A stretch of 64,000 nucleotides of DNA from the NCBI GenBank assembly GCA_045577455.1, contig JAZNIJ010000160.1, positions 9,605-73,604 on the forward strand. The letters are read 5' to 3'. This DNA is from Eubacteriales bacterium (GTDB lineage Bacteria > Bacillota > Clostridia > Oscillospirales > CAG-382). The position numbers and the translations under genes were made by a program. Each line of letters begins with the position of its first letter. Within the stretch, counting starts at the first letter, position 1. Positions 40,203 through 49,834 of this stretch are shown here, piece by piece. The notes under the pieces were generated by a model. The model worked only from the letters and a program-made list of their open reading frames with translations. It had not been told where the DNA came from and searched no databases.

Positions 40203-41507
40203 ATGTATCGAATTGCTATAGAAAATTTATTAAAATGGAAGCAGAGCAAGCGTCGCAAACCGTTAATTATTGAAGGAGCAAGACAGGTTGGCAAGACTTG
40301 GTTAATGAAAGAATTTGGCAAGCAGGCGTATGAAGATACTGTATATATCAATTTTGACTCCAATTCAAGAATGGCAGAGTTATTTGCTTCGGATTTGGAC
40401 ACAGAACGCCTTATTGTTGGGTTAGAGTTGTATATTGGACGGAAAATTGATTCTGAAAAAACTTTGCTGATTTTTGACGAAGTACAGGAAGTTCCCCGTG
40501 CATTGGCATCTCTTAAATACTTTTACGAAAATGCACCCCAGTATCACATTGTATGTGCTGGTTCTTTGCTTGGAATTGCTTTGCATCAGGGTACATCTTT
40601 CCCTGTTGGCAAGGTTGATTTTTTAAAATTACATCCTCTTTCCTTTAAGGAGTTTTTAATGGCAACAGGCAAAGAGCAGTTTGCAAAATTGCTCGATGGC
40701 GGTGATTTTCAAATGATTAACGGGTTCAGGGAAACATATATTGATGCTTTAAAGCAGTATTACTTTGTTGGAGGTATGCCCGAAGCTGTGCTGAGCTTCT
40801 CCGAAAACAAGGATTTTAACGAGGTTCGACAAATTCAAAAGCAAATTCTTTCTGCTTACGAACAGGATTTTTCAAAACACGCTCCAAACGAAATCGTTCC
40901 CAGGTTGCGTATGCTCTGGAACAGCATACCTTCACAGCTGGCAAAAGAAAACAAAAAGTTTTTATATGGTCTTGTTCGTGAAGGTGCTCGTGCAAAAGAA
41001 TATGAAACAGCAATTATGTGGCTTGGCGACTGCGGACTCGTTAATAAGGTCAGCAGAGTCAACGGGGCAGGAATTCCTTTGCGTGCGTATGAAGATTTAA
41101 AAGCGTTTAAGCTGTTTGTTGTTGATGTTGGGCTTCTTGGATGTATGACGGGGCTTCATCAAAGCACCCTTATTGAGGGTAATTCTCTTTTTGTTGAGTT
41201 CAAGGGGGCATTAACTGAACAGTATGTTTGTCAGCAATTGAAAACAATAAAGGACATAGATATTTACTATTACACAAACGACAAAGGTTCTTGCGAAATT
41301 GACTTTATTGTTGATACAGGAGAGCTTATTGTTCCTCTTGAAGTAAAGGCAGAATTGAACCTTAAGGCAAAGAGTCTTAAAGCTTACAGAGATAAGTTTT
41401 CTCCAAAGGTTTCTGTGCGTACATCTATGGCGGACTACAAAAGGGAAGAATGGCTTGTCAATCTTCCCCTGTATGCAATAGACCAAATTGTAAAAATAGA
41501 GCAATGA
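40203..41507 (+). CDS. AAA_14 ATPase - DUF4143 protein, paralogue 2
   Basis: ATG 7 nt after GGAGG. GARQVGKTW, LLIFDEVQ, C-terminal CEIDFIVDTGELIVPLEVKAE. Confidence 0.8.
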   Translation: MYRIAIENLLKWKQSKRRKPLIIEGARQVGKTWLMKEFGKQAYEDTVYINFDSNSRMAELFASDLDTERLIVGLELYIGRKIDSEKTLLIFDEVQEVPRALASLKYFYENAPQYHIVCAGSLLGIALHQGTSFPVGKVDFLKLHPLSFKEFLMATGKEQFAKLLDGGDFQMINGFRETYIDALKQYYFVGGMPEAVLSFSENKDFNEVRQIQKQILSAYEQDFSKHAPNEIVPRLRMLWNSIPSQLAKENKKFLYGLVREGARAKEYETAIMWLGDCGLVNKVSRVNGAGIPLRAYEDLKAFKLFVVDVGLLGCMTGLHQSTLIEGNSLFVEFKGALTEQYVCQQLKTIKDIDIYYYTNDKGSCEIDFIVDTGELIVPLEVKAELNLKAKSLKAYRDKFSPKVSVRTSMADYKREEWLVNLPLYAIDQIVKIEQ

Positions 41508-42587
41508 TTATTTAATACCCTTGATTATTTCCTTCATTTGCGGTAATGCGTTTTCCATACATTTAACAAGGGCGAACTGGTTTCTTGCTCTGTCAAGGTT
41601 ATGCTTCGGACGGTGGGTTTTGAAGTATACATCCCCGTCAAGATAATCCGTAAGGAAGCGAAGTCCACATTCCAAAGTCATCATAATTGCACCTTCGGGC
41701 AAGAGTTCAAGCTCAGTTTCGTTGAGTGAACCCTCACAGCCCTTGATAAATCCCCTTGCGTAAGTTTCAAAAAGTGAAATGTCAAATTTCACCTTGGAAA
41801 GGTCGGTTTCGTCTTCTGAAGCAGTATTTGCACCAAAACGGATGGAGTCTCCAAAATCGCAAAGCACATATCCGGGCATAACCGTATCAAGGTCAATAAC
41901 GCAAATTGCTTCTCCGCTTTTGCTGTCGAAAAGAATATTGTTCAGCTTCGTGTCGTTGTGAGTTACCTTTAAGGGGAGTTTGCCCTCAATTCGGGCGTTT
42001 TCAAACAGGTTGCAAAATTCTCTCCTTGCCATTGCAAACTCAATTTCACTTTCAACCTCGTTTCGTCTTCCGCAAGCGTCCTTCTCTATGGATTTTAAAA
42101 GATTTTCAAATCTTACAGGGGTGTTGTGGAAATTTGGCAATGTTTCGGTAAGCAAAGTTGCATCCATATCCGAAAGTAACTGCCCAAACTGACCAAATGC
42201 ATATCCACAGCTATAGAAGTCGTTTGGATTTTCAACCGCTTCACGGGTTACTGTTCCCTCGGTAAACTCATACAAACGCCAGCTTTGTTCCAATGGGTCG
42301 GTGTAATACATTTCACCCGAAAGAGTTGGAACAACTAAAAGGGTGCATCTTGCTTCGTCGCCACCGTTTGCAATTGCTTTGTTTCGGATATGGTTTGTAA
42401 CAGTGAGAATGTTTTTCATCAGCCCTGAAACATCTTTAAAAATGCTCGTGTTCATCCGTTGAAGAATGTATCTTTTATTGCAAACAACTAAAAAAGTATC
42501 GTTTATATGTCCGTTTCCGTATGGCTCACAATAGGAAACACTGTCTTTAAAATACGCTTTTAATGCGTAGCTTGTATCTGTTTTCAT
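41508..42587 (-). CDS. aminoglycoside-phosphotransferase-fold kinase, N-acetylhexosamine 1-kinase (NahK)-like
   Basis: YGNGHINDTF..., VTHNDTKLNNILFD (catalytic loop) and VIDLDTVMPG (DxD). Its stop abuts the stop of the convergent gene. Confidence 0.65.
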   Translation of the reverse strand: MKTDTSYALKAYFKDSVSYCEPYGNGHINDTFLVVCNKRYILQRMNTSIFKDVSGLMKNILTVTNHIRNKAIANGGDEARCTLLVVPTLSGEMYYTDPLEQSWRLYEFTEGTVTREAVENPNDFYSCGYAFGQFGQLLSDMDATLLTETLPNFHNTPVRFENLLKSIEKDACGRRNEVESEIEFAMARREFCNLFENARIEGKLPLKVTHNDTKLNNILFDSKSGEAICVIDLDTVMPGYVLCDFGDSIRFGANTASEDETDLSKVKFDISLFETYARGFIKGCEGSLNETELELLPEGAIMMTLECGLRFLTDYLDGDVYFKTHRPKHNLDRARNQFALVKCMENALPQMKEIIKGIK

Positions 42588-42793
42588 TTATTTTACCTCC
42601 AATTGATTGCTTTTATTATATACTCACAGTAAAAAAAAGTCAATCCCATTAAACGGTATTTTGGAAAAACTGTAAAATTGCAAAAAATGTGCAAAAACGG
42701 TCAAAAAAACTTGTAAAAATGTGTGAAAATCACCTTGAAAAACCTGCAAAAATGTGTTATTATGTTTTTGAAGTGTTAGTGAGGTGATTTTTT

Positions 42794-44086
42794 ATGCAAA
42801 GAAACGCAATGGAAAAGTTGATAAAATGGAAAAATGATGAAGAACGAAAGCCGATGATTTTAAGAGGGGCGCGTCAGGTTGGAAAAACATGGATTATGAA
42901 GGAGTTTGGAAAAAACCACTACGCAAACTATGTTTATTTCAACTTTGATGAGGAAGATGAGCTTAAATCAATTTTTGAATCAAACAAAAATCCCCATCGC
43001 ATTATTGAGCTACTTTCCATAATTTCGGGAGAAGTTATTTCTGCGGAAAATACACTTATTATTTTTGATGAGATTCAGGAATGCCCGACGGCTCTCAATT
43101 CTTTAAAATATTTCAAGGAAAAAGCAGGGGAGTATCATGTAATTTGTGCGGGTAGTTTGCTTGGAACATTGCTTGCGCAACCCAAATCATATCCCGTTGG
43201 AATGGTTAATATTCTTGATATTGCCCCATTGACTTTTGATGAATTCCTTTCTGCAATTGACCCTAATTTATATGTTTACTATCAAAGTATAACAAAAGAA
43301 CAGCAAATTGAAGAAGTTTTTCACAACCGTTTGCTTGAAATGTATAATTATTACTTGATTATCGGTGGTATGCCCGAATGTGTTGCTTCCTGGTTAAAAT
43401 ACAAAGACCCTTCAAGGGTTGCCGAAATCCAAAAAGAGCTTGTTCAGATATACGAAAATGATTTTTCAAAGCATAATGGCAAAGTCAACAGTGGAAGGAT
43501 TTTAATGGTTTTTCGTAGTATAGTAACTCAACTTGCAAAACCAAATGAAAAATTTGTATACGGTGCAGTGAGAGAAGGCGGCAGAGCAAGAGATTTTGAA
43601 GAAGCGATAGAATGGCTTGTTTCTGCAGGAATGTTAAAGCGTGTTTACAATGTTTCAAAATTGGAGCATCCTTTAGCTGCGTTCAGAAAATTGGAGCAGT
43701 TCAAATTGTTTGTTTTTGATACGGGCTTGTTGAAGCATATGGCAGGCATTGACAACAAGGCAATTCTTTTGAAAACAGACTATCAATTCAAAGGACCTCT
43801 TACAGAAAATTTTGTTCTGCAACAGCTTTGCGGGCAATATGATGTTGCACCTCATTATTACTCTGAACGAAACGGAGAGATAGATTTTGTTGTTCAGCAC
43901 GAAACAGAAATAGTTCCAATCGAAGCAAAGGGTGGTGAAGATAAATCTGCACCAACCTTCAAAAAATATGTGTCAGAAAAACGCCCTTTGTTCGCTGTTC
44001 GGTTTTCAAAGCGCGGCTATCGTAAAGACGGATATATTACCAATATGCCCCTTTATCTTGCTGTGAAAATGAAAGAGTTATTGTGA
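42794..44086 (+). CDS. AAA_14 ATPase - DUF4143 protein, paralogue 3
   Basis: GARQVGKTW, LIIFDEIQ, C-terminal GEIDFVVQHETEIVPIEAKGG. Confidence 0.8.
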   Translation: MQRNAMEKLIKWKNDEERKPMILRGARQVGKTWIMKEFGKNHYANYVYFNFDEEDELKSIFESNKNPHRIIELLSIISGEVISAENTLIIFDEIQECPTALNSLKYFKEKAGEYHVICAGSLLGTLLAQPKSYPVGMVNILDIAPLTFDEFLSAIDPNLYVYYQSITKEQQIEEVFHNRLLEMYNYYLIIGGMPECVASWLKYKDPSRVAEIQKELVQIYENDFSKHNGKVNSGRILMVFRSIVTQLAKPNEKFVYGAVREGGRARDFEEAIEWLVSAGMLKRVYNVSKLEHPLAAFRKLEQFKLFVFDTGLLKHMAGIDNKAILLKTDYQFKGPLTENFVLQQLCGQYDVAPHYYSERNGEIDFVVQHETEIVPIEAKGGEDKSAPTFKKYVSEKRPLFAVRFSKRGYRKDGYITNMPLYLAVKMKELL

Positions 44087-44237
44087 TGCTTCCTTTATAA
44101 AAAAAGTTATGCATTTTGCATTATTTACCAAATTTTACAATAAAAACTTGAAAAGTGTATTTTTTTCTCTGTAAAATATATTGAAAAGTGTGTTTTTATG
44201 TGGTATAATATACTTGAAAAATGTAATGGAGGGTATT

Positions 44238-45587
44238 ATGCTTTATAGGAAGATAGAATCATACATTCAAAACTATTTCAAAAAAGACAGCAACAAGGTT
44301 TTGGTAATAGACGGAGCTCGTCAGGTTGGGAAATCGTATATCATAAGAAAAGTAGGTATTGAGCTTTTTGAAAACTATATAGAGTTGAATTTTGTTGAAG
44401 ATTTTCAAGGAGAGCAGCTTTTTAAGAATGTTAATTCTGCCAAAGATTTTTATTTCATTCTCAGCACTGTTTATGGCGATAAAATGAAGGACAAAGAAAA
44501 TACCCTTATTTTCCTTGATGAAATTCAAGTATATCCTCAATTTATCACTCTACTTAAATTTTTAAAGCAAGATGACAAATATACCTATATTGCAAGCGGT
44601 TCATTACTTGGAGTTGCTCTTGCAAACACAAGCTCGCTTCCCGTTGGATTTATAGAGCTGAAAAGAATGTATCAGCTTGATTTTGAAGAATTTTTATTTG
44701 CTAACGGATTTTCAAAAGAGGCAATTTCAATTCTTGAAAAAAAATTCATAGATAAAGAGACATTGGATGATGCAACCCATAATAAACTTCTTGACCTTTT
44801 TAAAAAATACTTAATAGTTGGTGGACTTCCGGACTGCGTTAATGAATTTATCAAAACCCGAAATGTTGCAAATATCAGAAAAATTCAGGAAGATATTATT
44901 CGCTTTTACGGTGAGGATGCAAGCAAATACGATGTTGAAAAGAAGCTGAAAATCAAGAGAATATACGATATGCTCCCATCAGTAATGCAAAATACAAAAA
45001 AACGGATTGTTGCTAAAAGTATTGAGGAGACAAATGGAAAGAGATATTCAAATTATGCAGATGAATTTGATTATTTGATAAGTAGCGGTATTGCTCATGA
45101 TGTTAAAGCAATTTCAAACCCTGTTTTTCCGTTGCGTCAATCTGAGGACAAAAATTTATTGAAGCTGTATATGAATGATGTAGGGTTGCTTTCAGGACTT
45201 TTGTTTCAGAATAATATTAAGCCAATTCTTGATACCGTTCCTTCTGTTAACCTTGGTTCACTTTATGAAACTGCGGTTGCAGGGCAGTTAAAAGCTTTAG
45301 GACATAAGCTCTTTTATTATGATAACAGAAAAAACGGTGAAGTTGATTTTTTAATTGATAATTATAACACCCTTTCCGTTGTTCCTGTTGAGGTTAAAAG
45401 TGGAAGGGATTATACAATTCACAGTGCTTTAACCCATTTTATAAATAATGAAAGCTATCCTGTAAGTGAAGGCGTTGTTTTGTCTAATGAGCAAACAATA
45501 AGGACAAAGGGAAAAATAACATATTTACCAATATATTTCGTCATGTTTTTGAAACCGCAAGAAGCAGAGGAAGACATATTATTATAA
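44238..45587 (+). CDS. AAA_14 ATPase - DUF4143 protein, paralogue 4
   Basis: Start at internal ATG 44238 after GGAGGG (MLYRKIESY...). GARQVGKSY, LIFLDEIQ, GEVDFLIDNYNTLSVVPVEVKSG. Confidence 0.8.
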   Translation: MLYRKIESYIQNYFKKDSNKVLVIDGARQVGKSYIIRKVGIELFENYIELNFVEDFQGEQLFKNVNSAKDFYFILSTVYGDKMKDKENTLIFLDEIQVYPQFITLLKFLKQDDKYTYIASGSLLGVALANTSSLPVGFIELKRMYQLDFEEFLFANGFSKEAISILEKKFIDKETLDDATHNKLLDLFKKYLIVGGLPDCVNEFIKTRNVANIRKIQEDIIRFYGEDASKYDVEKKLKIKRIYDMLPSVMQNTKKRIVAKSIEETNGKRYSNYADEFDYLISSGIAHDVKAISNPVFPLRQSEDKNLLKLYMNDVGLLSGLLFQNNIKPILDTVPSVNLGSLYETAVAGQLKALGHKLFYYDNRKNGEVDFLIDNYNTLSVVPVEVKSGRDYTIHSALTHFINNESYPVSEGVVLSNEQTIRTKGKITYLPIYFVMFLKPQEAEEDILL

Positions 45588-45604
45588 ATCGGTGTCATAT
45601 TAAA

Positions 45605-45647
45605 ATACCCTTAAAAGCCAGCAGAAAAGCTGATTTTTAAGGGTATT
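45605..45647. terminator. bidirectional terminator between convergent genes
   Basis: TACCCTTAAAAgcCAGC-agaaaa-GCTGatTTTTAAGGGTA, with A/T runs on both sides. Confidence 0.7.
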
Positions 45648-45677
45648 ATTTATGGTTTTGGAAGCTAAAATTGAAAT

Positions 45678-47171
45678 TTATGCGTTGCTTGCATCTGTGC
45701 TTGTATTGTTGCTTGAATCGTTACTTGCATCGTTGCTTGTATCTGTGCTTGAAGTGTTGGTTGTATCTTCGCTTGTATCTGTGCTTACTTCTTCGCTTGT
45801 ATTGTTGCTTGAATCGTTACTTGCATCGTTGCTTGTATCTGTGCTTACATCTGTGCCGGCTTCAACACATTCAATTTCAATTGATTCTATAATTGGCTGA
45901 TTTGGGCGTGGAATAGTGCCGTTGCTATCTGTTGGAATTGCTTCTGTGCAAATCTTATCAACAATATCCATACCTTTAACAACATAACCAAATGCGGCAT
46001 ACTGTCCGTCTAAATGGGGGCTGTCTTTATGAACAATAAAGAACTGAGAGCTTCCGCTGTTATATGGAGTTGCACGAGCCATGGAAACAACACCTGCTTT
46101 ATGTGAAAGTGGGTTTTCATGCCCATTCAGTTTGAATTCGCCAACAATATCTTTGTCAGCGCCACCTGTGCCGTTGCCAAGCGGGTCTCCGCCTTGCATC
46201 ATAAATCCATCCATAATTCTGTGGAAAGTGAGTCCGTTATAAAAATCTTTTTCAGCAAGGTTAACAAAGTTGGAAACTGTAACAGGAGCATATTTCGGCT
46301 CTAACTTGATTCTGACTGTTCCGTGATTCTTTATGTTGATGTTTGCATAATAATCGTGGTTTTCAAGGAGCTTTTGGGGTGGCTCATAAAGCACATTTTC
46401 GGAATCACTTCCTGATTGGTTGCCGTTGCCTGATGTTGATGATGTAAACTTAAACTTTGGCAAAAGGGCAAATCCAACTGCAACAATTACCGCAACAATG
46501 CATAAAACGGAAGCAATGGTAAAAATAACCTTTTTCTTGTCGGTTGTTTTTGCAAAAGATGAAACCTTTTTGTCAACCGCAGAGTTTATACTCGACGGAA
46601 AATCACTCGTTTCTGCTGTGGTTAAACGGAAAAAATCTTCAACGGTTTTACTGCTGTTTTGTTGCTTTAAAACTTTTTGGATGTTTTCTTCTTCTGCCTC
46701 AAAAGCTAATTCAATTGTTTTACGGTCTGTAACCAACGCTTTTGCAATCTGCTCCGATGAAAAATCGCAACATTTGTGGAGAACTAAAACAAATCTTTGA
46801 AACGAGGGAAGCATATTCAATACATTTAAAACAGTGTTATCTGTGCTTTCCGCAGAGTCTTCTCCTTCAGAAATTAAAAAGTTTCTGTTTGGGGGAATAC
46901 GAAACGCTTTGTTGTTTTTATTTAAAATTGATTTTTTGCAAAATTCACTTGCTTTGCAAATTGCAAGAAAAAGAAAATCTTCCTCGGTTTTAATTCCCTT
47001 TAAAACGCTTTCGAGAGCGTTTGAAAATGAATGTATCGTTGCATTTTCTGCAATTGTTTCGCTTCCCGAAAGTAAAAAAGAAATATTGTAAACATTCGCT
47101 TTATACTTTTCGTAAAGTTGAATTAACGCTTTCTTGTTTCCGCTTTTTGCTTTTTCTGAAATTGGAATCAT
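45678..47171 (-). CDS. sigma-70-like N-terminal domain - TM helix - cyclophilin-type peptidyl-prolyl isomerase - Ser/Thr/Asp/Asn-rich tail
   Basis: The N-terminus resembles sigma regions 2 and 4 (KKALIQLYEKYKANVYNISF...; LPSFQRFVLVLHKCCDFSSEQIAKAL). TM helix VIFTIASVLCIVAVIVAVGFALL. PPIase core FHRIMDGFMMQGGDP...SMARA...NSGSSQFFI. Confidence 0.7.
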   Translation of the reverse strand: MIPISEKAKSGNKKALIQLYEKYKANVYNISFLLSGSETIAENATIHSFSNALESVLKGIKTEEDFLFLAICKASEFCKKSILNKNNKAFRIPPNRNFLISEGEDSAESTDNTVLNVLNMLPSFQRFVLVLHKCCDFSSEQIAKALVTDRKTIELAFEAEEENIQKVLKQQNSSKTVEDFFRLTTAETSDFPSSINSAVDKKVSSFAKTTDKKKVIFTIASVLCIVAVIVAVGFALLPKFKFTSSTSGNGNQSGSDSENVLYEPPQKLLENHDYYANINIKNHGTVRIKLEPKYAPVTVSNFVNLAEKDFYNGLTFHRIMDGFMMQGGDPLGNGTGGADKDIVGEFKLNGHENPLSHKAGVVSMARATPYNSGSSQFFIVHKDSPHLDGQYAAFGYVVKGMDIVDKICTEAIPTDSNGTIPRPNQPIIESIEIECVEAGTDVSTDTSNDASNDSSNNTSEEVSTDTSEDTTNTSSTDTSNDASNDSSNNTSTDASNA

Positions 47172-47430
47172 AAGCTGTCCTTTCTATAAATCAATATAAT
47201 TTACTTTAACATAGAATAATATACCATATTAAAATGCAAATATAAAGAATATTTTTGAAAAAATTACAAACTTTTATCTGTATGCCTAAAAAATGTTGTT
47301 CTTAAAAAAAGAGTGAGATTTTTGCGGAATATATATTGACAAATAATGAAAAAAATGTATAATTTATAATATAGTGAGACATAGATTTTATGTTTCTCGC
47401 TGAAAAATGATGAAATGAGGAGAAAAATAT

Positions 47431-48201
47431 ATGACTTGTAGAAACTGTGGTTTTGAAGTTGCTGATGAATTGTCTTCTTGTCCAAGGTGTAATGCCCCTG
47501 TTAGCAGTCAACAACCAATTGGAGGTGCAGGAGAACAGTACCAAAATAACGAACAGTACCAAAATAACGGACAGCCCCAGAATGGTGGTGTTGTTAAGCC
47601 GGTAAAATCCAAAATGGCGATGATTTCCAGCATCTTGTTGGCATTCGTGTTTGGCTTTTCTATTGCAACAAATATTTTTACCTGTAAAATGGAAGCATAT
47701 ATACCCGGCTACGAAAGTCTTGCCGAAGAACAAACAACAGAAAATTTTGGCGTCTTTGGGTTTTTTAACTTTGAAAAAGATATCAGAGAAGAAAATAATG
47801 GTGAAGCAGTTATCTTAACTGGCCTTGAAGCTGAAAAATTTAACCTTTTCGCCGTGCTGTCTGTGGTACTTTGCTTGGGTGCAGGGCTTCTGATGGAAAA
47901 AGCAGGCAAAGAAAAGAAGAAAATGTTTGCCATTATTTCTTTGATTATGGGCGTTGTTGCCATTGCTTTGTTCTTTGTGCTTCCTTCCATTGCAGAGACA
48001 GCGTTTCCTGACACTGTAACTTTCCCCAATCAAAGCCCACTTGCGGTTCATTTCAATTATACTGCATCATTCTCAGCAATGGGAATACCTGTTATTATTG
48101 CTCTTGTTGGCGGTTTGATTTTTGGTATTCTTTATATTGTTGAATTAACTAAGGAAGAAAATGCTTCAAACAACGATTTGAATAACAATTTAAACTATTG
48201 A
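47431..48201 (+). CDS. zinc-ribbon membrane protein
   Basis: MTCRNCGFEV...CPRCNAPV, a Q/N-rich linker, then several hydrophobic helices. Confidence 0.6.
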   Translation: MTCRNCGFEVADELSSCPRCNAPVSSQQPIGGAGEQYQNNEQYQNNGQPQNGGVVKPVKSKMAMISSILLAFVFGFSIATNIFTCKMEAYIPGYESLAEEQTTENFGVFGFFNFEKDIREENNGEAVILTGLEAEKFNLFAVLSVVLCLGAGLLMEKAGKEKKKMFAIISLIMGVVAIALFFVLPSIAETAFPDTVTFPNQSPLAVHFNYTASFSAMGIPVIIALVGGLIFGILYIVELTKEENASNNDLNNNLNY

Positions 48202-48211
48202 TACATATAAG

Positions 48212-48247
48212 CTGTTGCAGATGTGAAAGCGTTTGCAACAGTTTTTA
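48212..48247 (+). terminator. intrinsic terminator
   Basis: CTGTTGCA-loop-TGCAACAG followed by TTTTTAC. Confidence 0.7.
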
Positions 48248-48359
48248 CTATATATAAAATATACTTTTCCTGTTTTGAAAAATTTATTGACAACGAGAAA
48301 AAGATGTAATATAATAAAAACACTCGGGTATTCAAGAAAAATGTATAAAGGGGAATAAA

Positions 48360-48806
48360 ATGGCAAAAACAATAAGGGATTTGGGGAAAGACGAAAAGGC
48401 GTTTTTTCTTACGGGAATTGTGCTTTTGATTCTTACATTGATGGATGTAGTTAATATGGTTGTTGGTAATGTTAAAGCAACGCTTGAAGCGCAGATAGAA
48501 GCAATGAATTTTACGGATGAACAGCTTGAGCTTGTTGACCTCGTAATTTGGATAGGAATATTTGCAATTATTATTTCGGTTCTGTTTCGCGTTCTCCTTG
48601 CTATTAAAGCAATACAGATAAGTAAAAAGCCAACTAAGGAGAGCTTGCATATAGTTATTGCCGTTATTTATCTTGTTATCAGCGTTTATACCCTTCTTGA
48701 CGGGTTTTCCAACTCATCTGTTACCGATATATTAACTTCAATATCAAACACAGTAATTATTGCTTTTTATGTATTCATTGCAAATAAGGTTCGTGCTTCG
48801 GTGTAG
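48360..48806 (+). CDS. membrane protein, unknown function
   Basis: 148 aa with four predicted hydrophobic helices. AAAGGGG RBS. Confidence 0.55.
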   Translation: MAKTIRDLGKDEKAFFLTGIVLLILTLMDVVNMVVGNVKATLEAQIEAMNFTDEQLELVDLVIWIGIFAIIISVLFRVLLAIKAIQISKKPTKESLHIVIAVIYLVISVYTLLDGFSNSSVTDILTSISNTVIIAFYVFIANKVRASV

Positions 48807-48818
48807 AACATAATAAAA

Positions 48819-48866
48819 AAGAGCAGACAAATAGAGCTTTGTGCCTTGCAAGTCTGCTCTTTATGT
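48819..48866 (+). terminator. intrinsic terminator
   Basis: AAGAGCAGAC-loop-GTCTGCTCTT followed by TATGTTTG. Confidence 0.6.
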
Positions 48867-48965
48867 TTGCTATTATATCGTTTTTGCTTGCATCTCAAAA
48901 TGATGGTCTTTTTGAGACCAACTAAAAATCGGAGTTGTTTTATAAATTAAAAAAAATTTTCCAAA

Positions 48966-48980
48966 TGTAACAAAGTTACA
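48966..48980. promoter_or_regulatory. perfect palindrome TGTAAC-AAA-GTTACA at the -35 position of the trxA promoter
   Basis: Sits 22 nt upstream of TGTGGATATAAT (the -10 box is at 49002-49007). Confidence 0.4.
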
Positions 48981-49038
48981 GAAAACAGGGTTATTTGTGG
49001 ATATAATAAAGGTACAGAAAACAAAGGAGGACAGAAAA

Positions 49039-49344
49039 ATGTCAGCAATAAATGTAACAAAAACAAATTTTGAAGAAATAATAAAAAGTGAAAAACCCGT
49101 TTTGCTGGATTTCTACGCTTCTTGGTGTGGCCCTTGTAGAATGGTACTTCCTATAGTTGATGAAATTGCAAGGGAAAATCCACAATTCACTGTGGTTAAG
49201 GTTAATGTGGATGAACATCCACAGCTTGCAGAACAGTTTGATGTAATGAGTGTGCCAACACTTATTGTTATGAAAAACGGTCAAATCACAAACAGAGCAA
49301 CGGGAGCAAGACCAAAGGCAAGAATACTTGAATTGCTTGCTTGA
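49039..49344 (+). CDS. trxA: thioredoxin
   Basis: Start at the internal ATG after AAAGGAGG. WCGPC active site. 101 aa. Confidence 0.9.
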   Translation: MSAINVTKTNFEEIIKSEKPVLLDFYASWCGPCRMVLPIVDEIARENPQFTVVKVNVDEHPQLAEQFDVMSVPTLIVMKNGQITNRATGARPKARILELLA

Positions 49345-49406
49345 TAAGTTGTAAAGAAAGTATAGTATAAATTGGATATAACTTTGCATAATCCAAAAAA
49401 ACAGAG

Positions 49407-49620
49407 TGCAAAGCGGATGCAACTCTGCAAAGCGGATGCAACTCTGTAAAGTGGATGCAACTCTGTAAAGCGGATACAACTCTGTAAAGTGGATGCAACT
49501 CTGCAAAGCGGATGCAACTCTGCAAAGCAGATGCAACTCTGTAAAGTGGATGCAACTCTGTAAATCAGATGCAACTCTGCAAAGCGGATGCAACTCTGCA
49601 AAGCGGATGCAACTCTGCGT
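49407..49620. repeat. 19-bp tandem repeat TGCAAAGCGGATGCAACTC, 11 units plus a partial one
   Basis: Head-to-tail units at 49407, 49426, 49445 ... 49597. Variants include TGTAAAGTGGATGCAACTC. The period is not divisible by 3. Confidence 0.95.
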
Positions 49621-49671
49621 AAGCCAAATTAAACCAACAAATCTATTTTGAATAAAATTGCTTTGACAAAA

Positions 49672-49711
49672 AAGCATATCCCCTGTGCATTTTCGCATAG
49701 GGGATATGCTT
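49672..49711 (-). terminator. intrinsic terminator downstream of deoC
   Basis: 13-bp stem AAGCATATCCCCT/AGGGGATATGCTT. A T-run follows on the minus strand (the reverse complement of acaaaaaa at 49666-49673). Confidence 0.65.
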
Positions 49712-49834
49712 ATGTAAATCTCTTTATATTGTCTATAGGGACACTTGGGTTATTCGGATTACGATATACAAACTTGCTTTTTGTCTATAGGAACACTTTC
49801 CTCGATTTGTTGCCAACAACACCTATAACAAAAA

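Noticed and set aside
41505-41510. Convergent genes whose stop codons abut with 0 nt between them (DUF4143 paralogue 2 and the NahK-like kinase).
   Set aside because: It is a real observation but not a feature. No hairpin is visible, and it probably just reflects tight packing after insertion of the DUF4143 gene.
45652-45900. Plus-strand ORFs 45652..45900 and 45671..45892.
   Set aside because: They are antisense to the low-complexity S/T/D/N tail of the sigma-like/cyclophilin protein and overlap the shared terminator.
49042-49698. 218-aa, 106-aa and 89-aa minus-strand ORFs; also a possible CRISPR array at 49407-49620.
   Set aside because: The ORFs are antisense to trxA and then read through the 19-bp array, whose period is not a multiple of 3. 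The array itself has no spacers between repeats, so it is not CRISPR. No cas genes are present.
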